DNA from: Gekko japonicus
Taxonomy: Eukaryota
DNA length: 64,000 nt
NCBI RefSeq assembly: GCF_001447785.1
Contig: NW_015168090.1
Location: 688,720 to 752,719, forward strand
Reading direction: 5' to 3'
Below, piece after piece: positions 48,828 through 61,777 of the stretch. The first letter of the stretch is position 1. Each line of letters starts with the position of its first letter. Position numbers and translations under genes: made by a program. Below the pieces are notes generated by a model. It made no database searches and was not told where the DNA came from. It saw nothing but the letters and a program-made list of their open reading frames with translations.

Positions 48828-49417
48828 GCTGAACTCAATGAGAAACCTAATTCCCCCCCCCCCAAACCTCTATTGAAGTGCAAACGGTCAGAACTCCAGA
48901 TGTACTGATTTGTTTTGAAACACGCCAAGAATCTGAAACCCATTCTGATATACAGAATCAGAGAAAAAGCAGTATTGAGACTGGCAAAATGTTTAAATGT
49001 CACAACATGTTTTTATACACATCAAGCCTTTTGTGTTCAGTGTGGTGTAACTTGAAGCTTTTCCGTTGGATTTCTGGTATTAATTATATGGTGGTTTTCA
49101 TGAAAGAGTTTCTAAATGACAGAAGGGAAGTTATTTTGGATTAAAGTGAAGGATTCTTTACAATTCCTCTCAACCCGAAGAAATTAACAAGAACAGCTGA
49201 AGTATAATGGTGCACAATGGTAAACCTTTTCCATTAAGTTAAGGAGTGGTTCCATTATTATGAACACCTGGCCAGCCAGGGACAGTTTAAAAGAAAACAA
49301 TAAACAGAAACTCAGGTTTATTATATGACAGTACATTAAAGTTATCTTATTACTTCAGTTCTAGACCAGAGCAAGAGTCCAGTAGCAGGGTATTGACTGG
49401 ACAACAACAACAAAAAA

Positions 49418-49454
49418 TGAGCTTTCATGAGTCACTACTCACTTCTTCAGATAC
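49418..49454 (-). ncRNA. Penelope-derived minimal hammerhead motif (stem I disrupted)
   Basis: Reverse strand GUAU-CUGAAGAA-GUGAGU-agug-ACUCAU-GAAAGCUC. Confidence 0.5.
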
Positions 49455-49563
49455 ATCGGTTCTCAAAGGCTATTCAGAGGGCATGTGGCTGCTGCCATGG
49501 CTTTCTTGGGTTAGTGCTGGCCTCTGGGGAGCCTGTCCTTTCTTAAAGAGCAAGTGTCACTAG

Positions 49564-49725
49564 CAGTGTTCCCTCTAAGCTGAGTTAGTGTGAGCTAGCT
49601 CACGTTTTTTTAGCCTCTAGGTCACATATTTTTGTTTTCACTCAGGAAGGATGGCAGCTTTAATGCCAGTAGCTCACAAAGTAGAATCTTTGCTCACAAG
49701 ACTCCACAGCTTAGAGGCAGCACTG
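49564..49725 (+). mobile_element. hAT MITE (short deletion variant)
   Basis: Same TIRs as 11061; TSD gtcactag/gtcaccag. Confidence 0.88.
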
Positions 49726-50020
49726 GTCACCAGGTGACAGGGACAGGAGCGGAGGCATCCAGCCCTCTGCTGAGTGGGGAAGCTCAGAAGTCACTGGAAA
49801 AGAAAGGAGGAGAAGATGCCCTTTTTTGTTGTTGTTCAATAAACTGGGTTCAATGGGGGGGATTAATTTTTTTTTTAAAAAAATCCTATTTTGCAGATTT
49901 CAGCTCAATGACTCTGGAACTCACATAATACAACTGTTCACAACAGTAAACCTAAGATGGCTTTTGTCTTCTGAGCAGTAAATCTGAAATGCAAGTCTGT
50001 GTAAAGACTTCAGTCCTAGG

Positions 50021-50512
50021 CAGTGGTCCCTCTAAGCTGAGTCAGTGTGAGCTAGCTCACAGTTTTCAGCCTACGGTTCACTTCGCTCAGGAAGGATGGC
50101 TCCAGAGCAAACTAATCTATTGGTAACAGGGGTAGCCAGTAGGCCGCATCCACTAAGCTAATTATGAATGGGCTGAAGAATAAGTGACACCCCCCTTTCA
50201 ACAGCTCACCGGCAGCCTCGCAAAGACAGTGGGCACTAGAGAGGAGGTCTCCACAGAAGATTGAAGCAATTGCAATGTACTTCCCTCTGACCAATGCCTT
50301 AATTGCATCCCAGAGGACCTGAGAGACACTATAGTCAGAGTCATTTTAAAAATAATTTTAAATTTCTAAATCAATATCTGTATATGTTTTGTCATTCAAT
50401 AAATTTTAAAAAAATTATGCAGTAGCCAAATCGCTCGCTCACAACTTTAATGCCAGTAGCTCACAAAGTAGAATTTTTGCTCACGAGACTCCACAGCTTA
50501 CAGGGAGCACAG
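50021..50512 (+). mobile_element. hAT MITE (long variant, ~300 bp extra internal sequence)
   Basis: Same family; perfect TSD gtcctagg at 50013 and 50513. Confidence 0.88.
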
Positions 50513-51169
50513 GTCCTAGGCCTAGTTTTATTTATTCATATCTTCAAACATTTACAGGCTGCCCTTCTCCTTTAACAACTGGCATCAACTGAAGAGGTGA
50601 AACACCAGCCCTGGCCTGTACCACTTCAGTGCATGGGAAGGTTTGTTTGACTGAATGCCGCTTCATAGAAAGAACTCCCTGCAGATGGAGAATTAGCCTA
50701 ACCCTTCTCCATGGAGTACTAGATTTGCACATTGCTTCAGACCAACATAGCTGCCCACTGGATCTAGATCTAGGGAATGCTTTTAATGACAAAGTGCACA
50801 CCTTCCCATCCGTGTAAACATGGTTTGGTTGTAGTTCTTCCAAAAACACAGTTCCAAAACAAGTTAATGAAAGATATGCAATATGGGGGGAAGCCAGAAG
50901 GAATCACGATGCTGTATTCACAGTGGTAAAAAAGACCATTGCTCTTCAGGAGCCAGAGCACGTAATTAACGCATATGCCCACTGCCTTTGTATGTCACAG
51001 ATCACTGGAGTTATGATTTAACTACTTATTTCATTGACCCTCATAACAACTCTTTAGGTGAGGCTGAGAACTTGAGAAGGACCAGCCCAAAGTCACCCAG
51101 CAAGTTTCGATAGCTGAGTGGGAATTCTGACCCGGGACTCCCCGCATCCCTCGCTCCATCCCACTTTCC

Positions 51170-51510
51170 CCTCAGCAACCAATCAACCAAGCCTATCAAG
51201 AGTTCTATTGCGGGAAGACGTCACTGTTCAATACGGAAGGGCGGGGCGTCGAGAGGAGACTGGAGAACCTGGACGTGGCTCTCTCCAGGTCAGTCTGTGA
51301 TTGGCTGGAGGTTTTTTGGTCCGGCGAATGGGTAGCTGCGGAGAGCGCGTCTCTGCCCAAGTCCTGCCCACTGACGTGTGAGGTATTTATGACTGCGCGC
51401 GAAAGACTTCCTTGTTCAAGCGAGCGCGCGGGAATAGCGGGTGGCGTCGCGTGGAGAGAAATCCGCGGTTGGCTTTTGTCGGCGGGGTGAGTTCGCGTGG
51501 CGAAACGCCG
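51170..51510 (+). promoter_or_regulatory. GMNN: GMNN CpG-island promoter and non-coding exon 1 (donor at 51487)
   Basis: CCAAT at 51179, ATTGG at 51300, TGACGT at 51372. E2F sites GCGCGAAA 51397-51404, GCGGGAA ~51428 and TGGCGAAA ~51498. Donor GGG|gtgagt. Confidence 0.78.
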
Positions 51511-52619
51511 TTGGGCGGACGGGGCGTCCTTGCGGAGAGACCAGCGTGGATTTAAAGCGTGTCTGATGGGAGTCCGCTGCTCCCTCGAGGTTCTGCGCCT
51601 GCTTTCCGTTGCTTGAAGTTGTTGGTGGAAGATGGAGGTGGGGGAATAGGAGATATTCCTTGGGCGGAAGAGGCTTGCTCTCCCACCCCTCGTAGTGCTT
51701 CCATCGCGCGGTGTGATGTAGGAGGCACCGTTTGTGCGTGCCTGTGTTCGACAGGCTTGCTGTGGACTCGTCTGGTTGTGCTGCCTGGCTCCGTTGTTTA
51801 CTCAGCTTGAGGTGCTGCGACAAAGGTCCGTTTGGGAGAGCCCGTTCAGTTGAGCAACACGCTCGTGTGAACCGTTTACAGCGCAGTCCTGGGAAGGTTT
51901 ACTGTAGGTTAAACCCGTTGTCTTCAGTGGGCTCAGACTGGTGTATCTCTGCAGATGATTGCACGATTAGTGCGGCAACTCCCGAAGGAAGGGTTGGAGG
52001 GCGCTGCTGGGTATTTAGTAGTGGCAAAACCGTATCCCCGTGTCCATATGGGTACTCCGTGAAACTGCCTCGCTTAAGCACGGTCTACTGCTTCCTTCAT
52101 TTCTGGCCTTGAAAATGCACTTGGGGCGGGCTGTAGTGTGTATTTAAGAGCTTGCTAAACTGCAGTCACTGCGTATATGATAATATGGGCTACATACGAT
52201 TTGTGAGTAAGGGCTACATTCTCGGGCGTTTGAGGGCTGCTCTGTTGTTTGGGGGCAGGGAGAAGCAATTCTAAGAATACCTCTCAGTTTCATAAACCAA
52301 CATGGTTCCAGTCCTCTGTTTTTTAAAAAAGAACAAACCCCACATCTTTTTAGGTCTCCTGAAAGGTATATGTGTAGCTCTGAGCAATACTTGCTTTGGA
52401 ACATAATTGAAACTGATGTCTTTAGGGTAGGGACAACCAGCTTCTATGTTGCCAGTTACTTCATTATCTAGATATATGCTTTTAGTTCCCACAATACTAC
52501 TAGCTCGTGATCTCTGTGCCATATGGAAGATAAGAATCCATAATAAAGCTGGTGCCAACTAGTGTTGTGATATGGAGTGAGGTAACTGCATGTGATAATG
52601 GGTTCTCATTGTTATTAAG

Positions 52620-55385
52620 CATAAGATGAGAGAAGCCAGGGTGGATCAGGCCAATGGCCCATCTAGTCAACACGCTATATCACAGTGGCCAAAAGTCAGG
52701 TGCCATCAGGAGGTCCACCAGTGGGGCAGAACTGCAGAAGCTCTCCCACTGTTGTCCCTCAAGCACCAAGAATACAGAACATCACTGCCCCAAGCAGAGT
52801 GTTCCATCTATACCTTGTGGCTAAGCCCCTCATGGACCTCTGTTCCATATGTTCAAGAGGGGTTCCCTCTTGAAGCTGATTATGCTGACAGCCACCACCA
52901 CTTCCTTCAGCAGTGAATTCTACATGTTACTCTTTGGTTGACGAAGTACTTCCTTTTATCTGTTCCTAAGCCTACTGCTTATTAATTTGAGTGCCTATGA
53001 GTTTCTATATTGTAAGAAAGGGAGAAAAGTAGTTCTTTCTCTACTTTCTCTATCCCATGCATAATTTTGTAAACCTCTATCACGTTACCCCTCAACAATT
53101 GTTTTTCTAAACTCAAAAGCCCTAACCTCTTTAACCTTACTTGCCCTTTTTCTGCACTTTTCCTAATGCTTTAATGTTTTTTTTTAAGGTGTGGTGACCA
53201 GAACTGTACACAGTATTCTAAATGAGGCCACACCATAGATTTATACAGGGGCATTATGATACCAACTGATTTGTTTTCAGCCCCCTTCCAAATAGTCCTC
53301 AGCATAGCATTTGTCTTTTATATTGCAGTCACACACAGAGTCAACATTTTTTAGAGTTATCTACCAAGACTCCAAGGTCTCTCCTGGTCAGTTACTGCCA
53401 TCAACATATATTTATAGTTAGGATTGTTGGCTCCTATGTGCTTTGTGTTGCAATTGCCCGCGTTGAACCTCATTTGCCACATTGATGCTCACTCGCCCAG
53501 CCTTGACAGATCTGTCTGCAGCGCCTCACAGTCCTCCCTGGTTCTTACTGCCCCGAACAAATTAGTGTTATCCACAAACATAGCCACTTCACTGCTCACT
53601 CCCAATGCCAGATCATTAATGAACAAGTTAAAAAGCACCAGACATAGAAATGAACCCTGCAGTACCTCACTGCTTACCACGTTCCCCTTTGAAAACTGCC
53701 CATTTTCCTGTTAATTAACCAGTTTTTAATCCACAAGAGGGCTTGTCCTCTTATCCCATGACCACTAAGTTTACTTAGAAGCCATTGATGAGAAACATTA
53801 TCTATTGTGTCATCCTCGTCCACCCCCTCAAAGAACTCTAAAAGGTTAGTGAGACAAGATCTTTCCTTACAGAATCCGTGCTGATTCTTCCCCAATAGTT
53901 TTTGTTCATCAATGTGCCTACTAATTCTGTCTTTAATGGATTCCACCAACTTATCCATTATTAATGTTAGACTGACCAGACTGTAATTTCCTGGATCTCC
54001 TCTGGAACCTTTTTTAAAATGGAAGTTATGTTAGGTACATTCCAGTCCTTGGGAATGGAAGCAGATTTTAATGGAGTGCATATTTTTGTCAGGAGATCCA
54101 CCAGTTCACACCTGAGTTCTTTCAGAACTCTTGGATGTATGCCATCTGGGCCTGCTGATTTGTCAGTTTTTAATTTGTCCACCAGGCATAGGGCTTCCTC
54201 TCTTGTCACCTCAATCCAATGCAGGTCTTTCAGCACCCCTCCTGAAATCAGTGGTTTTAGAGTGGGCAAGCACCTCCCATCTTCCACAGTGAAGAAAAAA
54301 GCAAAAAAATGCATTTATCTTCTCTGCCATTTCCCTGTCATCCTTTAGTAATTCTTTTACCCCTTGGTCTTCCAGTGGCCCTACTGCCTCCCTGGCTGGT
54401 GTTCTGCTTCTAACGTATTTGAAGAAATTTTAATTGTTGGTCTTTGTTTTTTGCAATATGTTCCTCATAGTCCCTTTTTTCCTGTCTTATCACCAACTTG
54501 CATTTTATTTGCTAAATTACTCAAACTAGCCTTCCACCGCTTAAAGGAATTCTTCTTACCTTTTACTGCTTCTATTACTTTGTTCCTTAATCATGCAGGC
54601 CTTTTTTATGCCTATTTGTACATTTCCTAACCTGCAGTATACATTTTATCTGAGCTTCCAGGGTTGTAGTTTAAATAGTCTCCAAGCTTCCTGAAGGGAT
54701 TTGACCCTCCTTACCTTTCCTTTCAGTTTCTTCCTCACAAGCCCCCTCATTTAAGAGCAGTTACCTTTTCTGAAGTTAAATGTGGTTGTGTTGGTGTTTT
54801 GTGGCAACTCCCTATTTACTAAGGCCACGGTCAAGTGGGCCAGATATCGTGGGGGGGAGGCGTGGCTAATTGCCCCGGAGGAAACGCGTGGCTGCCCGAG
54901 CACACGTCCCGGTCGAGGTCCCATGGTTTGGGGGAAATGCCGATCAGAAGGGCATCCTGCAGCGCGGCGCAGAAGCAATTGCTCTTTGTGCGCATGCGCT
55001 GTTGGGCGCTGTTCTGCAACCTGCGGAGACTAACAGCAGTGGGCGCCGGATGCCACGTAAGTCCAGCGGGAACACGATCAGACGCCCGCCCTTGACCCAC
55101 GGTTTCAGGAAACGAGTACCTTGTAGGTACTAGTTTTTAACTCCGCACCTCCGGCGGGGAGCCACGGGTTCGCCACAGGAGCACTGCGCTTCCCAGATGC
55201 TGGGGTGAGATCGCGCCCGGAAAATCCGTGGGACTCCCGTGCCTCTCCCACGGCAACTTTGCCGCGTGACCGGGGCCATAAATGCTAAACTTAATAGCAT
55301 TATGGTCATTGTTCCCAACTGGTGCTATCACACATCCCTCACCAGATCTTGAGCATTACTTAGGACCAAGTTCAGGATTGCTTCC
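52620..55385 (-). mobile_element. Older, frameshifted CR1 LINE in GMNN intron 1
   Basis: Fragmented ORFs (GPDGIHPRVLKEL, QHGFCK..SCLTNLLEFF, FVDNT) homologous to the 891-aa ORF; 3' UTR tail at 52620. Confidence 0.92.
54823..55277 (+). mobile_element. GC-rich MITE-like element nested in CR1 (same family as 16612-17271)
   Basis: TIR ggccacggtca / tgaccggggcc with flanks taa/ata. CR1 sequence resumes on both sides. Internal hairpin at 55110-55136. Confidence 0.78.
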
Positions 55386-56644
55386 ATGACTCTTAAACTT
55401 ATTTTCTTTGGGAATTAATTCTTTGGGAATTAAACAGTAGACAAAATGCTAACTCCGTTGGAGTTAAAATGTGAAACCAGGGGTGCCTGGCAGGGCTAGA
55501 TCTAGGTTGCCAGTTCACCTTAAAGAATCAATGGGACGTATTCAATACCACTCATTGAAGACCTCTTGACCTGTGCTATACTTCAGTCATTCAGACAGAT
55601 GCTAAAGATGATTAATCAGTTGTTTGTCCTCCGACTTCTGCTGCCCGCTTATAGCTACAGTAGTAAAATCACATAAGTGTAGTTGATGGTTAGAATGTGT
55701 CTTTGTGTGAAGAAGCGGGGGAGAAGGTATAGGAGAAGAATGAGTAGACTGAGGAACTTGATAATTGTGTGACTGGCTTAGCCATAGCACTTGCAAAAAG
55801 GTAGATGCTCTAGCAACAGCCCCAGTCATTTGTAATTGATTACAATTCAAGGACTACTGCGTTTCATATAGCAAAGATTATTCCCTGTGTTTCCATAATA
55901 GGCTGGCTTTGCCTCTTCTCAGGTGTTTGGAGGATGTTTGCATTAATAAGTCATGGTTCTGTGAACATGGGTTTTTTTGTGTGTATTTGCAAATGTGTGA
56001 ATGTCATTTATATCTTCCGAAAAAAATTGGCCCATTTGGGATAGAAATGGAGGTCTCTGCTGTAATGTAGAAAGTAGCCCTAATTCTCTTTGGCTTGTGG
56101 CACTGATATGATTTGCTAGGAACAGAAGTGTGAGGTGGTGTGCATAGAACTCATCCAGATTTTGCCATCAAGTAAAGGGCTGCAAGATCATTTGATCTAA
56201 GAAAAAATGGTAAAAGTAAAAGCAAATGAAAAATCTTATAGTGTAATTTCATTGTAGTGCTAGGTTGTCAGCAAACTTTAAAAACAAATATCCAGGCTCA
56301 ACAGATACAAGGTACTTATGACTTCAGAATCCTGAGTAGCTTCTCTGTAAGATTTAGGTATATGCAGAAGATAGGTCAAAGGGAAAAGTCTTGCTGTTCT
56401 ACATCAAAATTGTTGAAGAGAATTCTTAAGGGCCTTGGAAAAGATGTATGGCTTTACGAGCCTCTTGATAGTGTACCTTAAAAGTTCAGGGCTTCCAACC
56501 CAGGGTGAGGAACTAATGTCTTGAGGAGCGGGATGAAGTTCTAGTATGTGAACCTTCTGGCACGGTTGTGATTGTAGTTAAACAGAATAACTCTTTATGT
56601 ATTCTAGGATACTTTGTATAAATACGACTGCTTGAAGTGGACGA

Positions 56645-56698
56645 ATGAATTCAAGGGTGAAGCAGAAAGCTGAAGCAGACAAATCTTTGACTGCAAAG
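56645..56698 (+). CDS. GMNN: GMNN first coding exon (exon starts 56608)
   Basis: ttctag acceptor, MNSRVKQKAEADKSLTAK, AAG|gtaaca. Confidence 0.85.
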
Positions 56699-59568
56699 GT
56701 AACAACCTTGAACTGCATAACTTACCTTATCACTCTTTTGTGTGTGTCAGTGGTTGGCTGTCAAATCTTGGCAAGTAGAGTCTTTGATTCTCTGCTACTT
56801 ACTGAACTTTCATGATGAGTTAATTGCAATTCAGTTTTCTTGCAGTGTTAATCCTTGGGTATAAAAGCCGAAATAGTCAGCCATGAGAGCTTGGTTCTTA
56901 TTTGTAAGGTAGTAATGACTGTTGCAAAATGCTAAACTGAACTTCCTCAAATTAATACTTGTCAGTGGGGTCAAATTGACCTCAAGAAGTAGGGAGGGGG
57001 ATATTTTTCTACATCATTTATTTATTGACTTTGAGGACAGTTGTCCTGTGGTGACTTACGCCTCTCCACTTAAAATTTTCTGTAAATTTTTATCCTGTAT
57101 TTTATCCTACAGTGTTTGTCACTTTGACCCCAGTGCATCCCATGGGAAACTGAAAAGAATATAAAGGGTGAAACTGACAAGCTGCTCTGTTCTATTGTCT
57201 TTCCTTTTTTGTCAAAAATAATTGCTTATAATAAGGGCTAAACTTTTTTATTTTGCTGTTGCCATCATGCTTAATCTAGCTCTCAGATCTTGTTTTCATG
57301 ACTGAATTGGGGGTCTTTTGATTAGTAATGTTTGTTCAGTCTTGTTTTTTGTTCCGAATCTGCTTATTGGACCCTCCAGCTCCATCATCTGCAATGGCTA
57401 GCAAGATGTTCTCAAAGTCTCAGGTTTAGGTCTGTCCCAGTCTTGTTATTGATGTTGTATCTGATGATGCCACTGCTTTGCAGTTTTCTGCCACTAGCTC
57501 ACAAGGCCCTTCCCTTATGTCCAAATGTATGCTAGTCTTGGGCACAAGATGGCCTGGCTGCCATTGTGTTTAAACCCCTGCTCTATCTAGCATTCAGCTA
57601 GGGAAAGCCAGCCCACNNNNNNNNNNNNNNNNNNNGCTGGAGAAAATGGGAAGATTAGCAGGTTGCCACCTGAGCCATAACCCATTATTATTGGCAGGCC
57701 AGAGATTGAGTTGTCCAGGGAATGAAAGAAATTGGTTGGATTGGTGGTGCCACTCAACCTGTTGGGTTGGTAGCATAGATCAGAGCCAATATTGGAACCA
57801 GGAAACACTTGCTCCCTCCCAATGCTAGAATGCAAGGCTTTGAGTAGCTTGTTGTCATGCTAACCTTTATTGTCTAGCAAGTGAAGAGATGACATTTAAT
57901 GTGACTATTAAATTTATGGACCCATGTCAGAGGACAATAGCACTTCTAGATGGGCAAAAGAGGTTGAGGAGACCCCATTAATATTGAAATAAGACACTGT
58001 GAAACATCGTTGCTATATGTTAATTCTCAGACTTGCTGGTGTTTGCTGGGCCTCCAGTCTAGATTTCCATATGACTAAATTTATACTTCCTGCCTGGTTT
58101 GTCTTCAATGGGTGCTATTTGGTTGAACATAAAATATTAAAAGTAATAGATTAACTCAAGTAAGTGGCAGCCAGTGAATACCTCTAACAACTATAACCTA
58201 ATTCAGCAGCAGTGAGTGTAATCTGAAATGTTGTACAGTACTGGTTCCCACAGTAGCTGGCACTTGTCCTGTAGTTCAGCACTAAGTTAATTGGCAGCAG
58301 AAACTTTACCGTGGGAAAGGTGAGCTCTTGTCATGTGAACCGCTAACTTTCTCACGCTAGTATGACATTATGTTCCTGTTTATCCCTATTTGATTATCTA
58401 CCATTGTTTGCTATCTCATGGTGCAGTGTAATGATTTTTTTTCAAAAGGCTTAATGCAGGAAATAAGTGTTTGCATATGACAAGGAAGGTAATAGATGTA
58501 CCGTTCTTCCAAAAACAATACTCTTGCTGGATCAATATGTTATACCCCAAGCAGGGCAACTAGACATCTGCCACAAATAAAAGGAAACTGGTACCCTGTA
58601 GATTTATCTGATATTAACTTACTGCCTTGGGTGCTACAGACTGTCTTTTAAGTAGGTGTAACAGCATGAAGTAAAACAGTTGAAATTCAGCCTCTACTTT
58701 TGGTACAATGCAAATACCCCCATGTTGGTGATACAGATGATGTTTAAACAACTAAATCTGCTGGGGATCCAGTTACAGTGCAAAGATGACTTGATTTGTA
58801 TGTTTCAGCTGGTTTGGACAGTAACTGTTCATGTGTGGCTATGGCATTTGACTAACTAAATATCATTCTTGGCCTGGCTGTGTACATTAGCTGATGAATA
58901 CACTTCCCTGTGATCTAGAATTTTTTACAAAATCCATGTGCTACAGTGTGCTGTAGCATTCTGTAACTTGCATTAATGTTTAAGGGCTAAATGTATTTCA
59001 GACTGTGTAGAATCATGGTCTAAATGTAGGCATATTTCTTTTTCAAAACAGGCTTCTGCAGGTAGTTCAAATGGCCCATTCCAGAGACAGACCCTTAAGA
59101 TGATACAGCCGTCTATTACAGGGTGTCTTGTTGGCAGGACAAATAAGGTACGTGCCACTATTGAAAAACATTGCTTGGAAGCTAATGCTTTGCTGCATAA
59201 GCTGCAGTGCAGTTTCCCTTCGGTGTTGAGTATTAAACTGAATTGCTAGTATATACTTCATATAGACTTAAGTAGGTGTGGAGTTGGCTGTTGAGAACAC
59301 ATCAGATGATGCATATTCAGTTAATAGTGTTCAAGGAAATAAGTTTTGAGTTTTATCTAGCAGATTGGAGTGTGGGAGGGAAAGTTCACTGGAGAATGTA
59401 CCCATTTCTGAGAGATTTCCCATTAAAACTTATTGTAGGTTCAGTCATCAATCAAGGGGAAACTCTGGAGTGAGCAGTCTATCCCAAACGTGTCCAAATC
59501 TGCTTCTGCAACATCAGAACACAGAAACACAAAAGGTGTCATCCAAGCTTCTGACCTCATGGTAAAAG
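56645..59568 (+). CDS. GMNN: Geminin, N-terminal coding exons (gene continues past the window)
   Basis: Exons 56645-56698, 59052-59147 and 59439-59568 give MNSRVKQK..., D-box RQTLKMIQP, GCLVGR and ...ASDLMVK. Splice phases are 0/0/1 as recalled for vertebrate GMNN, and the gene is syntenic after C6orf62. Confidence 0.9.
59052..59147 (+). CDS. GMNN: GMNN exon with APC/C destruction box
   Basis: ASAGSSNGPFQRQTLKMIQPSITGCLVGRTNK; aacag / gtacgt. Confidence 0.92.
59439..59568 (+). CDS. GMNN: GMNN next coding exon
   Basis: VQSSIKGKLWSEQ...GVIQASDLMVK; ttgtag / G|gtacgt, phase 1. Confidence 0.85.
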
Positions 59569-60679
59569 GTACGTAGACTTTTCAAAAAAAATAATCACAG
59601 CTACCAAAATATCATGTGAAGACATGCAACTACTGGACCAAGATCTGTATAAACAACTGGAATTCATCTTCCATCTTCTCGTGCAGAAACACACTGGGAC
59701 TGTGCCTGCGCAAGGAAGGTAAGAAGTTAGATGCTTTCAGCAGGTGCTTCTGCTCCATAGGAGCGTTGGGAGTCAAGGCCACCAACTACCTGGCCTGCAT
59801 GAACCAGTATCAATACACTCTCTGGGAGCGGTTCTCAGAACTTCTAACACACCTCCCAGACAACAAAGTTCAGGCGGCCAGAGTCATCCAAAAAGAAGGC
59901 ATGGTGTTGGCAAAACAACAGCTCAACACTACTAAACATGTTCTCGAAGCATCTTCACGAACGATGGCTTCTGCAATAGCTCTCAGAAGACATTCCTGGC
60001 TCCGCAACAACTAACCTCCCGTTAGATACTAGGTCTTATGTGGAAGACCTCCCCTTCGACGGCCTGGGGCTTTTCAATGCTACCACTGATTCTACTCTCC
60101 AAGAGTTAGATAAAAGTGTAAAGGCTTCTCGAGCTCTAGGAGTCTCGTCCTCTGCAAAACAACAACAATACCATCCCCGCACCTGGTTGAGGTCCTGGCA
60201 CAGACATACCCCAACTCATCAGTCTCCAAACACACGATGGAGACCGCGAACGTCTTTGGGAGGCCAAAGATCCGCCTTTCAGAAACCAAAATTCGGTTCC
60301 AGGCAACAAACTTCCCGCGCCAAACAGTCCAAACCCTCCAAGCAGGGTTTTTGACATTCCAGTCACCGAGTCAGCTCCTACCTGTCTGTTTCCCTTTCTT
60401 CATGCTTGGCGTCGCATCACCTCAGACGAATGGGTGCTCTCCATCTTGACCCGAGGTTACAAAATTCAGTTCCAACAAAACCCCAATACTCCTGTCGTCG
60501 TCTCCACACCCCCTTCCCCACCTCTCCTCGAGGAGGTGTCTGTCCTTCTGCAGAAGGGAGCCATCGAACGTGTACCACCACACCTCCAAGGGACAGGATT
60601 TTATTCTCGATACGTCAGAGTCCCGAAGAGACACGGAGGCATTTGACCCATATTAGACCTATGGAAACTTAACCGTTTT

Positions 60680-61777
60680 GTGACCTACCACCGCATCCAC
60701 ATGGTGTCCCTACAACAGATTATGCAACTGCTTCGCCGACACGTTTGGATGGCCACTCTCGACCTCCAAGACGCATATTTCCACCTTACTATCCACCCCT
60801 TCCACCGTCAATACCTATGCTTTGCGATTGGTCAACACCACTATCAATATATGGCCCTTCCATTCGGCCTTTCCAGTGCCCCAAGAGTCTTCACGAAGAC
60901 CATGATTGTAGTTGCAGCTTTTCTACGTCTCCGGGGCGTGTCTGTCTACCCATACATAGACGATTGGCTTCTGGTGGCGCCTTCAAAAAACACCCTGGTC
61001 TCAAACGTCACAGAGACTCTGGCACTACTGGACACCCTCGGCCTACGAGTCAATCAACAAAAGGCTGACTTGTGCCCTGTCCAGCGCATACAGTATATCG
61101 GCGCAATACTGGATTCACAGACATGCATGGCGTATCTGCCCCACGACTGGGCAGAAGATATCATTTCCTTAGCCACCGTCGTATGTACCCAACCCTCCAT
61201 TACTGCCTTCCAGATTCAGAGGCTGCTAGGTCTGATGGCCGTAACAACGTCGGCCCTCGTCTTTGCAAGACTCAAAATGCACCCTTTACAGCTCTGGTTT
61301 ATCCGCAACTTTGATCTGTCAAAAAGCGCACAAAATGTCGTCCTATCCCCTCTTCGCAGCATACAGGACTCTTTACTTTGGTGGACTGTCCCTTCGAATA
61401 TCCTTCAGGGAGCGCCCTTTCACCCTCTGTCACCTGAGGTCACCATTACAACGGATGCTTCCCTGACGGAATGGGGTGCACATGCCATGGGCTTTTCTGT
61501 TGGAGACAAGTGGAACACGCAGATGAGGAAGCGACACAAACATCCTAGAACTCCTGGCTATACAACATGCTGTCACCAGTTTCCTCCCCTTAATCAAGGG
61601 AAAATGTGTCACGATTCTGACGAACAACACCACAGCGCTTTCGTACGTCAACAGACAGGGAGGCATGATTTCCCTACGCCTATGCAACCTTGTGATCCAG
61701 TTGTGGAACTTATGCATCGCCAACAACATATTCCTCATGGCCACTCACATTCCAAGACACATGAACAGACCATCTAA
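60680..61777 (+). pseudogene. DIRS reverse transcriptase/RNase H ORF fragment
   Basis: 365-aa ORF with RT motifs; stop and frameshifts upstream and downstream. Confidence 0.85.

Noticed and set aside
57617-57635. Short N run in GMNN intron
   Set aside because: Assembly gap; ORFs spanning it are meaningless.
59062-59147. Alternative GMNN acceptor ttctgcag at 59061
   Set aside because: It would shift the frame (86 nt); the 59052 acceptor keeps the D-box in frame.
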